A program made the position numbers and the translations under genes. A DNA stretch of 63,818 nucleotides, filler included, from Collodictyon triciliatum (taxonomy: Eukaryota): assembly GCA_043381765.1 (NCBI GenBank). It is 5 parts of 5 records of this genome, joined end to end, with 100 filler letters (N's around TTAATTAATTAA, not from the genome) between each part and the next. Parts side by side here need not be neighbours in the genome. Positions count along the whole stretch, not along the records: positions 44,740 to 60,485 come from JBHJMP010000238.1; positions 60,586 to 63,818 come from JBHJMP010000308.1; 3 more parts are not named here. One strand, written 5' to 3'. The notes beneath the pieces are model-generated. The model did not search any database. It was not told the origin of the DNA and saw nothing but the letters and a program-made list of their open reading frames with translations. Shown here in pieces: positions 47,222 through 60,828 of the stretch (position 1 is the first letter of the stretch; the number at the start of each line of letters is the position of its first letter).

Positions 47222-50200
47222 ATGCAGCAGAGGCCAAGCAGTACTCAGCAGCATACACGTAAAGCTTCTCTCCTATCTTTCTTCAATTGATTACTTTATG
47301 CACACAAGTTTACCGCGTGCCTAACCCACCAGCCGATTTATTTTCCTGTCCAAAGATGCTACCCAAAGCTTTTCGGTTTTGTAGCGATAGAATTATGAAG
47401 TTATTAAGTGAATAAGGAACTGAATGAATAAGTATCATAGCTGTAGAAATAAATAAGAGTTCAACGATGTAAACACCAAGACAGATATAGCTAGCACAAG
47501 TCAAACCTAACTCTACATTCTTATTTTCTCGGTACAGACCCGGCCAAAATATTCATGTGCAGCCGAACGCGGCGGCCAGTATGGCAAGAAGCTACCGGTC
47601 CGGCCAAGACCAAAACTCTGCTGCTACCCACGCCAGCATCGACCGCCTGTACTTTCCCCACTCGATGGCATTGCATTCGGCTCCCAATTCTGCTCTTGCT
47701 CCACCTATGTACTCAACCGTACGTCTTTTTTTTTTTTTGGGAATAATAACACAGTTTTCCGTTTTATAAACATTATCAGACGCTATGAAATGCCATCCTC
47801 TAATTAAAGCAGCAAAGTGAAGTTTGTTTCATTATAAATATTATGATATCGGATAGCTTTGTGATGATTGCGCATGAATACTTGACTATCAATTCATTCA
47901 AATGATGTATGTACACGCCCAGAAGTCTCCGCGAAGAAATGAGCCCACCATTCCCCGTTCGGTGGCACCAATACTCCGGTATCAATCCTGTTGCCCATAA
48001 TAACATTATCTCAATGGCGATAGATTCATTTGAGAATTTAGTTTCTAGAACAATCTCCCAACATAAATTTACGAATACCTAAATTGCGCTACAGTTCATA
48101 TACAAATGAACTTTTTTCCATGAAACATGTCCTTGGTGATTGGTGTATGAACGATATCTACTTGATCGGAATCTTATTGCAAATCCTTAAAATAAAAATA
48201 GAGACCAAATAGTCCCTTCAACTGCCTATATCCATACGCATACCCAGGCCCACCACAACCAGTATCAGGTTCTTTTATTTGACCAAGAATACACCAGTTT
48301 AAATCAGGCGCCCAAGAAAAGAAATCAACGAAACATATGTTTCTCTGTTTTGTACTAATCATGCAATGTACTTTACGAATAGTCGACACCCAGGGAAAAT
48401 ATTATACCTGGAGATGGCTCATTTTCTTATGTGAATGCATCCAGAGCCCTTGACACACATAATTCCAAACAAATATCCCAACAAACTCCGCGCAGTCTAC
48501 CTGCTACCTCCCAGCAAAGCCAAACATTCGCCTATACTTTCGAGGACGCCAGTGGCTCTAAGTTTGAACTAATTAATCTTTCCATCTTCCTTTGTTCTTT
48601 CTTTTTTTTTTAATACATCATATCAAATCAAGGAATGTGTAATTAAAATATATATGCCTTCGGGTCATCATTACTTTACTCTTCCTTTTACTTTTACTAT
48701 TACTCTTACTATTACTATTACTATTACTATTACTATTACTATTACTATTACTATTACTATTACTATTACTATTACTATTACTATTACTATTACTATTACT
48801 ATTACTATTGCTATTACTATTACTTTTGAAAACTTGTCATGGACAAGGTTGTCTTACCCTTTCCAATTGTCCCGTATTGTGCCTCTCTGTGATAAACTAG
48901 AAAGCCATCGGAAACAAATACTCAAGGCCCAAGGCAGGCGGGGTTAATCGAAAAAGAGCCAAAGTCTTTTCCAGAGCCTTCGTGGGAGTCTGTGATGGAC
49001 ACCAGCCCAGACCATCCAGTAATTCTCCTCGATCCTAGACATTATGCCACGACATATGTTCTATGTGAAATTTATTTTGCACTTGAGTCGAATCATTTAG
49101 AGGACACTAACCAAAGCTAATATAATCATTCAAAAATCAAAATATTAAAGCACAGAAAAAAAAACATTTTGGAAATGCGAATTAGATTTCAAAATTATCT
49201 TTTCTTAATTCTCACAATGAAACTTCTGGTAGCTCTTAACAACTTTAAATGCACATCATACAGTACTATGGGCCGTGGAAGTACCCTATTTGGGGTCTGA
49301 AGAAGAGCTCACAAGAAGATTATCAGCCAGATAAATCAGCCCAATCAAAAATGAAAGACTCATTAGTTGAGTAAGTTTCTTTGGATTATTCCCTATTAAA
49401 TTTGTAATTTTTTCCCTTTATTCGATTCATCCCTATTAAATTTGTAATAATTTTTGCCGATTCTCGAGAGACTGCATAAGTGTAGAAAAAAGAATAATAT
49501 ATATTTGCTGACTACATTCAATCATTTTTCTGCCTCTCCACGGTTCACTCAATCAATATGAAGTATGCCACTGTCGTCAACAAGTCGGATATTTGGTGAT
49601 GTAGATGAATCATCTGAAGTGACTATTAGGCACGAGCTTCCAATAGAGCGTTTTTCCTCTGAGTCACTGCAGCGATTCCAAGTCCAACGTTCGCAAAATA
49701 TCGTTTTAATGAATAATTTTTTTAAAAAAAAAGAAGAAATCGTTTTAAAAGAAATTAGAGTCAAATAAATAAATAAAAAGCACCACTGAATAAAATATGT
49801 GGCCATTACATGGAATATTACTTCTTTCGTAGTTATTGATGCTCGGGGTCTTGTGGGGGATTCTTCGAAAGGTACATCGGCCATCAATTGATTCATTTCT
49901 CCATCGAAAAAGAGAAAAAAACGAAAAGGAGAAAAGAAGAAAACGGAGAAATATGGGAAAGCACTTTAAGTCACTGATTCACGATTATTATCAGTTAGTA
50001 GGCCTGACCTTTACTGTATTCTTCAGTGTGGCCTAACTGTTAAGCAATCGAAGATTATACGACAAGCCAGCTTCAACCCTGTTTGGAATGAAAGCTTCAT
50101 CTTGTGAGTTGTTATATGCCCTCGCATTATCATCACACTACCATTCTTTGAATTGAATAAAGGGAAAAAAAATCATACCACTGTCATACCATTTTGTTAT

Positions 50201-53200
50201 TTAATAATAATAATTAATAATTGCTTCGTTTTTTTTATTTTTATTATTATTATTATTCTGTGATTGATTCGCTGATTTTCCCATCACCTTAAATGAATGA
50301 TTTTACCTAGCGAGGCGGAACCTACCGACAGTTTATCTATCTCAGTGAAACATCATAGCCAAGGTGATGAAGACTCTGTTATCGGGTCCCTCGTTATTCG
50401 AGTGGACGATATTATGGAAGAAAGGAAAGACAGGTATGCCACTGTTCACATCTCCCAGAAAGATATGACAACATGATATACAAATATTCTTCATTCACTT
50501 CAGATGATATGATTTTCGATTTTCCAGAAGATAACACAATCACTGTGCTTTTCATTACCAGATGGTATCCACTCGAGCCGAAAGGGGAGATACACGTTCG
50601 ATTCCGACAAACAAGCTAGATTTTTCGATTGCATCCGCAAAAGGGCACGAAAATGAAAATGAAAATGAAAATGAAGAGAATAAAAAGAGGAATTTGACTA
50701 AATGTAGACAACTCATGCCAACGAAGCTGTGTGGGTAATGATGGTCTTTGTTTTGTGTCAATAAAACATTTTGAAAGGTTTGCGTTAAACAAATGACTCC
50801 CTGGATTGAGATAAGAATCGATATATATTCCCATTTAAAGCAATTAAAATTTATCCCATATTTGAAGAAAAAAAGTTACCCATCGCTTTGATAATCGAAT
50901 CAAGAACAGAGAAGTCTGATAGTTACATTCTACGCATGGATGATAGAGACCGTCGATGAAGTGGCCCATAATTGATGCCCTGAATTATCATATAGCGAAT
51001 ATAAAATAAAATATTGTAAGGTAGATTGAGGCTTTTGAATACAAGCTAGTTATTTTTGAAGAGACAAAAATAGAGAAGATGAAAAGCGAAACGAAGCTCC
51101 GCCCTTAGCGAGGTGAACAATGGCCATAAGTACCGTATAAAAAATTGAGACATTTTTGCACTGAATTGTTTGCCCCATTCTCTGAAAAATGATCAGAACA
51201 GATCAAAAGAAAGCAAATGATCGACAAAACAAAAACAAAAACAAAAAACAAAAAACAAAAAACAAAAAACAAAAAACAAAAAACAAAAAACAAAAAACAA
51301 AAAACAAAAAACAAAAAACAAAAAACAAANNNNNNNNNNNNNNNNNNNNNNNNNNNNNNNNNNNNNNNNNNNNNNNNNNNNNNNNNNNNNNNNNNNNNNN
51401 NNNNNNNNNNNNNNNNNNNNNNNNNNNNNTTCTGTTTCTGTTTCTGTTTCTGTTTCTGTTTCTGTTTCTGTTTCTGTTTCTGTTTCTGTTTCTGTTTCTG
51501 TTTCTGTTTCTGTTTCTGTTTCTCTTTCACATTCACCATTCGCTTTCTCGAGAGTTTATTCCGGCTGCTTTCTGTCTTGCGGTCGCTCGACTTTGTAGTT
51601 GGCCTGAGGCAAAAGTCCGACTCGGCTTTGTTTCCTTGATCCTGTAACAAAAGATACTTCGCTCTTTCCTTTTTCTGTTCATGTTCCTTCTTCTCTTTAT
51701 TGAAAGCTGGTTAAGTTTCTCACCAATCATATATGACTTCAGTTGTCCACTTTGCCCGATAGTTTGTCTGCCTTAACGAACATGGAGGATTTGAATCTGA
51801 GTCGCAACAAGGTTTGTTCAGGCAAGGAAGGACTCATTGCTTCAACCCAGACTTTAGGCTATTTGCAAAATCCACCACTGGAACACGATGGTTTAATCAT
51901 TATTATTAATTTTATTTTACTGCATCTCTTTAGTTTTCAAGAGGCCCATGCTGCATCGCTTTTATGAAAAACTTGAAGAGATTGACTTTCGATCATAACC
52001 AAGTCGGCAATATCCTTTCCATAGCAGTTTACAATACTGCTTTTCATTCAATATTTTTTCCGAATATACTTACATTTAACTGATCGATTTATTGAGCAGC
52101 TTTCCATGCTACCCGATTCGTATGTCTCCTTACTGGCGCTTACCAGACTTGACTTGAGAAGCAATAAGGTAAAAATAAACCACTGATTTCGAAAACTAGA
52201 GTCCTAAAATAGATGAATAGAACTCATTTCTTCCATCCCGTTTGATTGTTTACAATTGAACACCTAAAATCTATATTTTTTTTTAATATCTTATAGCTTA
52301 AATGCCTACCAAAATGCGTTAGTGCGATGACTAATCTACACGAGATGTTCTTATATGAAAACACGGTGAGATACCAGATTTTCCAAATATTTGATGTAAC
52401 ACATATTTTCGACTCGGGGGTAGCCTTTAAAATGATATGTATTCAATAATTTACTCTCGAAAAGATGCCGGATTTACCTCACTGGATTACATCGATGAAG
52501 AAGCTGAAAGATTTGCGATTGGAATTCAATGGAAAATCGTCATTTTCGATGGCACCTATTGGAATTCGTAGTTTACCGTGCGCCCGCTCCCATGAAAAAC
52601 ATTTACACGCAAATAACACCCAATCCCAGACAATAAAGATGCTGCAAAATTCTTTGGATGTCACAAATAATGAGCTTTTCTCAATCGACGAATTCATTCC
52701 CATCCTTCCAGAATACACATATCTCGACCTTGGCAATAACAAGGTATTTACAGTTCATCAAAAAAATTAAACTACCCATTTCCACGTCAGACTTATAAAC
52801 ACATTAACCAATCTTAGTTATCAAGTCTGCCAGATTCATTTAGCACACTTTCACATCTGAATGGGCTTTCGCTACATAATAATACAGTAATCATGAAAGG
52901 GTCCCTTCATCACTATCTTTCATATTTCTTTTATTTTTCTTTAAAATGCGAAATTCAATTCGACTGGCCCGACATTTCCTTCTTTTTTTAACACCGATTC
53001 ATAATATATGTAAATATTTCACTAGTTTTCGAATATCCCTACTTGCATTAGCCGTTTGACAAACCTTACAAGACTCGATATATCGAAAAACCGGGTAACG
53101 TCTTTGGTTATGCTACTCGATTAAATCAATAATGAAATAATCAACAAAATTACATATGCCACAAAATATAAATATCCCCCCTTTTTTTTTAATTCAAGAT

Positions 53201-54444
53201 TGGCTATTACGACGAATGGATATCACGACTGATAAAGCTTTCAGTATTTGAATTCACCAAGATGCATGAGATCCCTATCAGAGGGCCAGAAGGAATGACC
53301 ACACTTCCGTGCTGGAGAAATACTGGAGATATGGGTAGAATACAACGATACAATCATCCTCCGTATCATTCAGGCGAGGATTTGAAGAATGTCGACCATC
53401 TCCTCGAATTATGGAAACCTTATGCTTTCTTGAATCTATCAGACAATTTGGTGAGAATTATGCAAGCTCACTTTTTTTTTTTTGAAAATATTTCATGAAT
53501 TATGCAAAATTGTAAGTATCGCCCGTCATTCATATTCATTCGTATAGCTTTCTTCGTTACCTCCAGCTTTTGCGCAGCAATCACAACTACAGTCTCTTAA
53601 TATTAGCCATAATAATGTACTACACAGATACAAACAAATTTCCTCAGCACTACTGCTATTTTATCTCTATCATTATATTCATCTAAATTTAAGTGTATTC
53701 TAATTGATTGATATTACCACTATTATTTTCATTCTTATCTAAGTACGAGTCATGTATCGCTTTTTAACTGTTTCTGTGATGTCATGCATTCCGGCAATTT
53801 TTCCCAACCTACTCTATAATATAGTTCTACACATTTCCCTCCGTTTTATCATCTCTGACAGGCCTAACCAATCTTTGTGTTGTAGGAAATCCCGTAATTT
53901 AATTATTTTTATCTTAAGTGAAGAGATACGTTCATGTAATAATCGGGTGTAGATTTTGATAACTCACATCTATTAGGCATATGAAATCCCACAATGGATT
54001 ACCAAACTTTCATTACTGAGAACCTTGCAGATTAGTGTAAGTTTCCTTATATGTATTTCCAATTGTTTGTACAGAGCAATATCTGTATTTTTTTTTGTTT
54101 TTGTCATTCTCATATATTTACTGCAACTTCGTCCAGGCAACTTCTGATGGACGTGTAAACACGGTAGGAAGTGTACTTCATGATATATACTTGTCACATC
54201 TTAGGGGTGCTTTTTTTTTTATTGATCTGTTTCTAAAACTATCGTATTCATTTGAGCAGAGAAACCACGACATCCCGGCTAACGTATGCATTATTTAACA
54301 GATTATTCTTTTAGTGTATTTTAATTCATATTTGGACGTTACTAAAAATTAAGGACGTAATGCAAAACAATTGAATATTATTATTTCGTATTACATAATG
54401 TACGCTCATTTTTTTTTATCGAATAGCCCTCATATAATCCCTAA
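47222..54444 (+). CDS. Low-complexity N-terminus + C2 domain + leucine-rich repeats; the C2-to-LRR join (50600-51742, includes an N gap) is unresolved, so this could be two genes
   Basis: C2 exons at about 49833-50595 read IDARGLVG..PDLYCILQCG..KQSKIIRQASFNPVWNESFIF...VIGSLVIRVDDI..KDRWYPLEPKGEIH. LRR exons at 51743-54036 include LSTLPDSLSALTNMEDLNLSRNK and FSNIPTCISRLTNLTRLDISKNR. Three short terminal exons lead to TAA at 54442-54444. Confidence 0.7.
48708..48824. repeat. (CTATTA)n intronic microsatellite
   Basis: Directly visible. Confidence 0.95.
51225..51522. repeat. (AAAAAAC)n / gap / (TTTCTG)n
   Basis: Directly visible. Confidence 0.9.
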
Positions 54445-55792
54445 AATTTTAGAGGGTGAGCGAAACTGTGGTGTATTATTTCGAACACATATTTTTCCTC
54501 TCATTATTATACATTCACAATTATTCTAATTTCCTTTAAAAATTAAGAGTGTAAGTTTTTTTCTTGCTTCCTCTTTGTTTTTTGTTTTTGTTTTTGTTTT
54601 TGTTTTTGTTTTTGTTTTTGTTTTTGTAAGTCCATAAGCTCATACAAATACTCGTAATCAACATGGTAATTTTTCTGTTACTTTTTGAAAAATCGAAACC
54701 CCACAGAATGTAAGTGTAGCTATACATTTTTTTCTTCATATAAGCAATAGCTACCAACTCTTAAGATATTTCTCCCTTATTTCCATTATGATTTCACCTG
54801 ATTCCAATCTCATGGGGGTTTAGTTGGTATCCATTCTTCTCGCTTAAACATATTTGGATTCAGTATTTGAATTTTTCCATCTGTCCCATTCGCTGTCGCC
54901 AATCTAAAAAAAATAATTTCTTTCTTCGCTTTGTAAGGCTGTGAGTATATAAACAAAAAGCGTCCACAATATATCTATTGTTAGCGATTTGCATGTGGGA
55001 CTAAAGCAAAACATGCCAACTTGAAAATCTTTTAGGGTGTAAGAGTTCACTACCAGCAAAAAACCTTTAACATCCACATATCCCATTTGATATTTCGTGT
55101 ACGATATTTCCATGCACTAATCATTTCAAAACATAAACCTGCCACGCAACTCTATTCGCAGCCGGTAAAAGAACAATACACAAGCATAATCACCCTTCGA
55201 AAACAACATATTTGAGACTTTATCATGACTTAAAACACAGCCAAAGATGCAGTCCACTTGCCCTCAAGACAACAACAACAACAACAACAACAACTGACAG
55301 AGTGTAAATCACGCTTAGCACATCATCTTTGCTCCGTCCGGCCTCTCCAAACTACCGTGTTGGAAGCAAACATCACTGGAGTTTGGAAACCTGAGCGCGT
55401 TGACCGTGTACGAACACACAGACCCGGACGAGGCTTCGCTCGAAAGACCGCAAGTCAACTGAAAGTGCCCCGCCTTTGAAAGCCCACTCGACATCAAGAA
55501 AACACAGAGCAAATAAAAGCTACGCTTTTGGTGAGAATGCGCATGAGTGCAAAGTGGGCGATGACTTTTGGAAAAGCCAAGAAAAAAACGGAATGAAATG
55601 AAAGTGAAAGTGGGAGGTGAAGGTGAGCGGTAGTGCGAACAGGTTAAGAGGCACAGTTTTTGATGAAATGAGCAAAACAAAAATGAAGCAAAAACAAAAA
55701 AAAAACCCATATAATGAAAATAAAAAAAAACAGTTGAAGCCAAGGTAGAGTGGCCAAACGCAGAGGAAGAAAAAAAAGGTCGCCAAAAAATA

Positions 55793-58492
55793 ATGCTGCG
55801 TAGATTCCTGTTGGGTGGGCCTTTTGTGCGCAGCTTCTCCCTGTCGAAAGGTTCTTTTTGTCTTCATAGCTTGTGTTGAATACGTATCAAAAAAAAAAGT
55901 GTTTCATGACCAGCGTTCCTGAGTCATTTATTCTTTATTACCCCCGTTCGCATTTGAACGATAAACGAGCAAAAAAACCAACCAAAAGTAGTTGTGATTT
56001 TAAAAGCAGTCACAAGACCAGTTAAAACTAAATAACTTGACGATAGCAATGATAACTAATTTAATATTCAAAATGAGTTTGTCAATTATTGAACATAACC
56101 AATATCAACAAATGAAAAATGTAAAGAATACGGTCTTTGTGCATTATCATTTGAATTATATAGTTTACATGTCAATCTTAATTCTAATGTGTAGAAGGGT
56201 CTTCCAGTATCATGACCAACAAGTCGATAATTGATGAAAAGCTCTTGAAAAGACTTCGCGATATGAAGGCTAGCCACTCGAAACTGGTCGATGCGCTGAC
56301 AGAAGCAGGGGTTGGTAGTGAATCCAAAGATGTCTAGGCGAATGATTTATACTCTGTCAGCATTTCATCTCACCCCCTGCCTCTTAGTGATGCTTGACTA
56401 TTCACCAATTCAGGTTTCGAAAGGGAGTGATGTGACTTTGCTAAGAAAGCAAGTCAGCAACTCAACAGTGATGATAAAGATTCTTGATGAAATGGACAGA
56501 AAGAATGAGGTTTTTGCAAAAAAATAAAATAAAATAAAATCTTTGTATTTGATTTTATATTTTTTTTTGTTGTTATTATTTATTGATAGCTTCATCGCAT
56601 ATTATTTACTACTTTATATGAATGAAAAATAAAATTGATTCATGTTAAAAGGAATTAATACAACTTGCGGAATTGAAGAAAGAGGCGTCTTCAGACAAAG
56701 ACATGCTTGGTATCATCGAATCAGATATCGAGTTTGTCTTCGTTATATCGTGGCATTGATTTTTTTTGTTCTGCAGATTGTTTGAATTCCCGAAAAAATA
56801 ATTATGATGATTCATCATCGTTTTCAAGGAAATGCCATGGCGAAATCAAGCAATTAGAAGATGATTTGACAGATGTAATTTCCCCAAGTGAAAATGTGGA
56901 CGAAAGAAATGCAGTTCTCGAAATACGTCCGGGTACTGCATAATTTGTCTTAACTGTCTTAGAAAACAAATGAGCGCAATCCAATACTCCTCTTCTACTT
57001 CAATGTGATGCATGAAAACATCAACATGAAGTATGGTAATTTATATTCGTTTTTTATATTGAATAGGGACAGGAGGATTGGAAGCATCCTTATTTGCCCA
57101 AGACTTACTCAAAATGTATCGAGGATACAGCGACTTCAAAGGGTGGTCCTTTGAACCCATCGAAATAACAAACACAGAAGTTGGCGGGTTTCGTGTAATG
57201 ATGCTATATATATGCGCTTCAATTATATGGATTTATTTGATTTTTTGAGTATATTCTTAAATATTCCACCGGACATGTCAGCATCCATGTATTCTATCTT
57301 TCAAACACGCCCCGCGTCATCCAGGAAGCAGTCGTGTCCATCTCTGGGAAGGACGTTTTTGGACGACTCAAGTACGAAAGTGGAGTCCATCGTGTGCAGC
57401 GGGTGCCTGTGACAGAGGGAAGCGGCCGTGTCCACACAAGCACGGCAACTGTGGCGATTTTAGCTGAAGCTGAAGAGGTTTCCTGACAGGCGATTTTTAT
57501 ATGATTCACATTATATTACCATGTGTAGTCGTTAAATCATGGGAAGCCATGAATACATGAACACTCTATGCCACGCTGTATTCATAGGTTGATGTGAGGC
57601 TCCAAGAAAAAGACTTGAGAATAGAGGTGTTCCGAAGCAGTGGCGCGGGTGGGCAAAGTGTCAATAAAACAGAGAGGTACTTTCATATCCTATTGTTCTG
57701 TTTTCTTTTTTTCTGATTCATCTTATATGTTCTTTTGTCAGGCAAGGATTCATGAATAGATTAGCATCGCATAATTATGAATGTTAAAGAAAGTGCGTGA
57801 TATGACCGGAAACTGTAAATGTAAATGACACAGCGCGGTCAGAATCACGCATATCCCGACCGGAATCACAGTCAGTATGCAGGATGAACGTTCACAGCAC
57901 AAAGTAATTGAATTATCATCAGAATCGCGCTTCTCACATCTGCAATTAAATACAAAGATTCTCTCTGTTCTTATCATTATTTATTTTTTACTTATATCTA
58001 TTCAAGTGTCACTATATCATGTGCATGTACACAACATCACATAATTGTAAATGCAAATTCCGTCTAGAGTCCTATTTTTCTCTTAATAAATCCACCTTTT
58101 TCAAGAATAAAGCCAAGGCGATGAAACTTCTGCGCAGTCGAATATACGAACAGGAGCGAATCCGACTGATGGAAGAACGGTCGAGAGCACGAAAGGAGCA
58201 AGTACTGCATCCAATACACAACTGCATCCACCATCTGTTTTTTTTTTTTTTTGACTCAAAGACTCATATTTTGTAGGTTGGAAAAGGAGACCGGTCCGAA
58301 CGCATCCGCACCTACAACTTTCCTCAAGGCAGAATCACAGACCACCGAATCGGATTCACCACCCATGACATCGAAAACACAATGACCGGCATCGCATTGG
58401 ACGAGATTGTTGATGCACTCCGAAAAGATACCCAGGAACAGGCAATCTCTGCGTTCAAAGAGACTGGGTACATAAATATTGATTCAGATTAA
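55793..58492 (+). CDS. MRF1: Mitochondrial peptide chain release factor 1 (bacterial RF1/PrfA type)
   Basis: Presequence-like start [19 protein letters not shown]. Motifs [48 protein letters not shown] (PxT), [26 protein letters not shown] (GGQ) and [21 protein letters not shown]. Confidence 0.95.
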
Positions 58493-58857
58493 AAACCACC
58501 GGACTGATGATTCTATTGGATGAGCTTTCATTTTCCCTCTCAAAGCCATCACCGCACAGCGAGTTTGTTTCATGTCACTTAAACATCTGCATCCACGAGT
58601 GTGACTCTCCGCATGTGTGAATCACGCATATGTGGCAATTTTTATGCTCAATGATTATTATTATTATTGCATTATTTTTTTTTTTAAAAAAAAAGAAGAA
58701 AAATATGAAGGGAAGTAATGTGCGTGTTATTACTACTCGAATATTTCTCGAATCTTTCGCGAATCATTTCTATGCAGAAAAAAAAAAAGATAGAGGATAT
58801 AGAAACAAGAGATTCATTTTCCTTTCCGTCATTACGTTGCAAAAATTTCCAAGCATA

Positions 58858-60485
58858 TCATGCCCCGTCTCCACTGTTACGCCGTGAGTCGAGGAGCGTT
58901 TGCAAAGCTCGGAGTTCTTGAAGAATCTTTGTACTGCCCGAGTTCCGTTTGTCAAGTCCAACAGCAACTTTCTGCAGTGCCTCCACATTCCGGACAACAC
59001 TCCCTTCCAGCGATGACCGAAGTGCTTTCTGATAATAAACATTCAGAGCAAGAGCAAGAAGAGAAATAAAGAGATATAATATTAATCAGATTGATAATTG
59101 AGCACTACGAGACAAATATTGGCATTTTTTTTTTTGTTGGCAGTGTGATATAATATCCAGTAGTAAAACCCACTTGTTGTTCCAGAGTTGATTCCTGTTT
59201 TTGTGGTTGATGTGCGTGTGCATGTGACGGCGGATGTAAGTGGGTATGTCCGTTATCCTTTGACTTTTCTCTTGGCTCTATTATGGGTTCGCTGGATGTG
59301 TGGTAGCTTTGCTCAGATTGTGTAGATTGTGGGCTGGAAATTCTAAGGTGAGATATATTTGAATATCAGATAAGTGGCGACATTATCTGTAGCCATCGAT
59401 GTAGACCAATCATGACATCAGACGCATTATAATGCTAGATAACTCTAAATAAATGATACATAAATTTTGTCGGGGAAGTTGAGAAGGATTGAATATTGCA
59501 CCGTAAACTCTCTTGCAATCTTGAGAAAGCAGATATCAACTGGCGGCCTGAATTCGGGTCATGAAGAGATGATTGCATAGAATAAATCATCGGCTTGATG
59601 AAATTCTCTATCAAGTCGATGGAAACCTGGCGTTCCTATGAGCAATTTGCAGTGAAGATGCGATACTATACCATCGTCTGTGGTATAGTTACAGTATGTA
59701 AATTTGAAAGAAAGGACTATCTGAAAAAATATTGAAAGTGGAAGTAGATAAATAAACAAGAAGTGCCAAACAACACATAGCAAACCCTCAAGGACGCGGC
59801 ATACTGCTGCTTCATAAGAATAACTTCACGAATGTGCTTCTGCTTTTCTACTCGCCAAGCCTCTTCATCAGCTCGTTTTTCCTTGAGAATGGCTTCGATT
59901 TTCGATTCATAATCCCGCTGGTCGTTTCAATTTTAGAATAAAAATGAACTTTACAAAAAGTAGCAGTGAGAATGAGGGAGAAAAAAAAATCACAGCACAG
60001 GTATAAAAACCTCGATGCCTTGTGTGGTTGGTGTCCTGCTCCTTGTGTCCGATATTCTGGATAGCAACTTTGCATTCTCTTCCTCCAAGACCCGAATTTG
60101 ATTGTCTCGGTCCTCTAGAATGCTTTGCATCTGTTCAAAGAAAAGAAAAGAAAAGAAAAGAAAAGAAAAGAAAAGAAAAGAAAAGAAAAGAAAAGAAAAG
60201 AAAAGAAAAGAAAAGAAAAGGAAAGAAAAGAAAAGGAAAGAAAAGAAAAGGAAAGAAAAGGAAAGAAAAGCAAAGGAAAGGAAAGCAAAGGAAAGGAAAG
60301 GAAAGGAAAAATTGATGTTTAGCCCGCTTTCTGCTTGAGCAGATATTCTGTTTACAGAGGTGTGTAGATGGAGCTACCTCTTGGTAGTCTTTTCTGTATG
60401 AATCGATTTTTGACTCCAGGGCAGAAATTTTCTGCAATGAGTCATCAAGGCCAGGTCGCTTGCTGGCAGCACCCCTCTTACATTC
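58858..60485 (-). CDS. Unknown coiled-coil protein; 5' end truncated at a contig linker
   Basis: Six frame-consistent GT-AG exons: LQKISALESKIDSYRKDYQE|MQSILEDRDNQIRVLEEENAKLL...|RDYESKIEAILKEKRADEEAWRVEKQKH...|...ILQELRALQTLLDSRRNSGDGA, with stop TGA at 58858-58860. No family recognised. Confidence 0.65.
60137..60310. repeat. (AAAAG)n intronic microsatellite with degenerate variants
   Basis: Directly visible. The complementary (TTTTC)n occurs at 19097-19190 and 60586-60681. Confidence 0.9.
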
Positions 60486-60585
60486 NNNNNNNNNNNNNNN
60501 NNNNNNNNNNNNNNNNNNNNNNNNNNNNNTTAATTAATTAANNNNNNNNNNNNNNNNNNNNNNNNNNNNNNNNNNNNNNNNNNNN
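60486..60585. other. Artificial contig linker
   Basis: TTAATTAATTAA at 60530-60541 inside an N run. Truncated genes lie on both sides. Confidence 0.9.
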
Positions 60586-60828
60586 CTTTTCTTTTCTTTT
60601 CTTTTCTTTTCTTTTCTTTTCTTTTCTTTTCTTTTCTTTTCTTTTCTTTTCTTTTCTTTTCTTTTCTTTTCTTTTCTTTTCTCACACTTTCCCTTGCTAC
60701 ATCTGGGCGAACCAAATCTGATCCTGTTCCAATCTATTGAAGTACATGATTATATCTTCGTTTTCTGTGGCTGATAATAATATGGTATAATATTTACCGT
60801 ATATACTTTATTGTATATTTTATGCAGC

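Noticed and set aside
52011-52019. U12-type donor-like ATATCCTT (also GTATCCTT on the minus strand near 43912-43919)
   Set aside because: The first lies inside an intron whose GT donor at 52003 gives an exact 69-nt exon. The second is not in a supported gene. No AT-AC intron is needed.
1452-58492. Stop-codon reassignment or an altered release factor
   Set aside because: Conserved exons have no in-frame stops, all three stops end genes, and the mitochondrial RF1 has canonical PxT and GGQ motifs.
19041-60541. Identical palindrome TTAATTAATTAA occurring four times
   Set aside because: It is always centred in a block of about 100 nt of Ns and gives stops in six frames, so it is an assembly linker. 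Gene adjacency across these points is not biological evidence.
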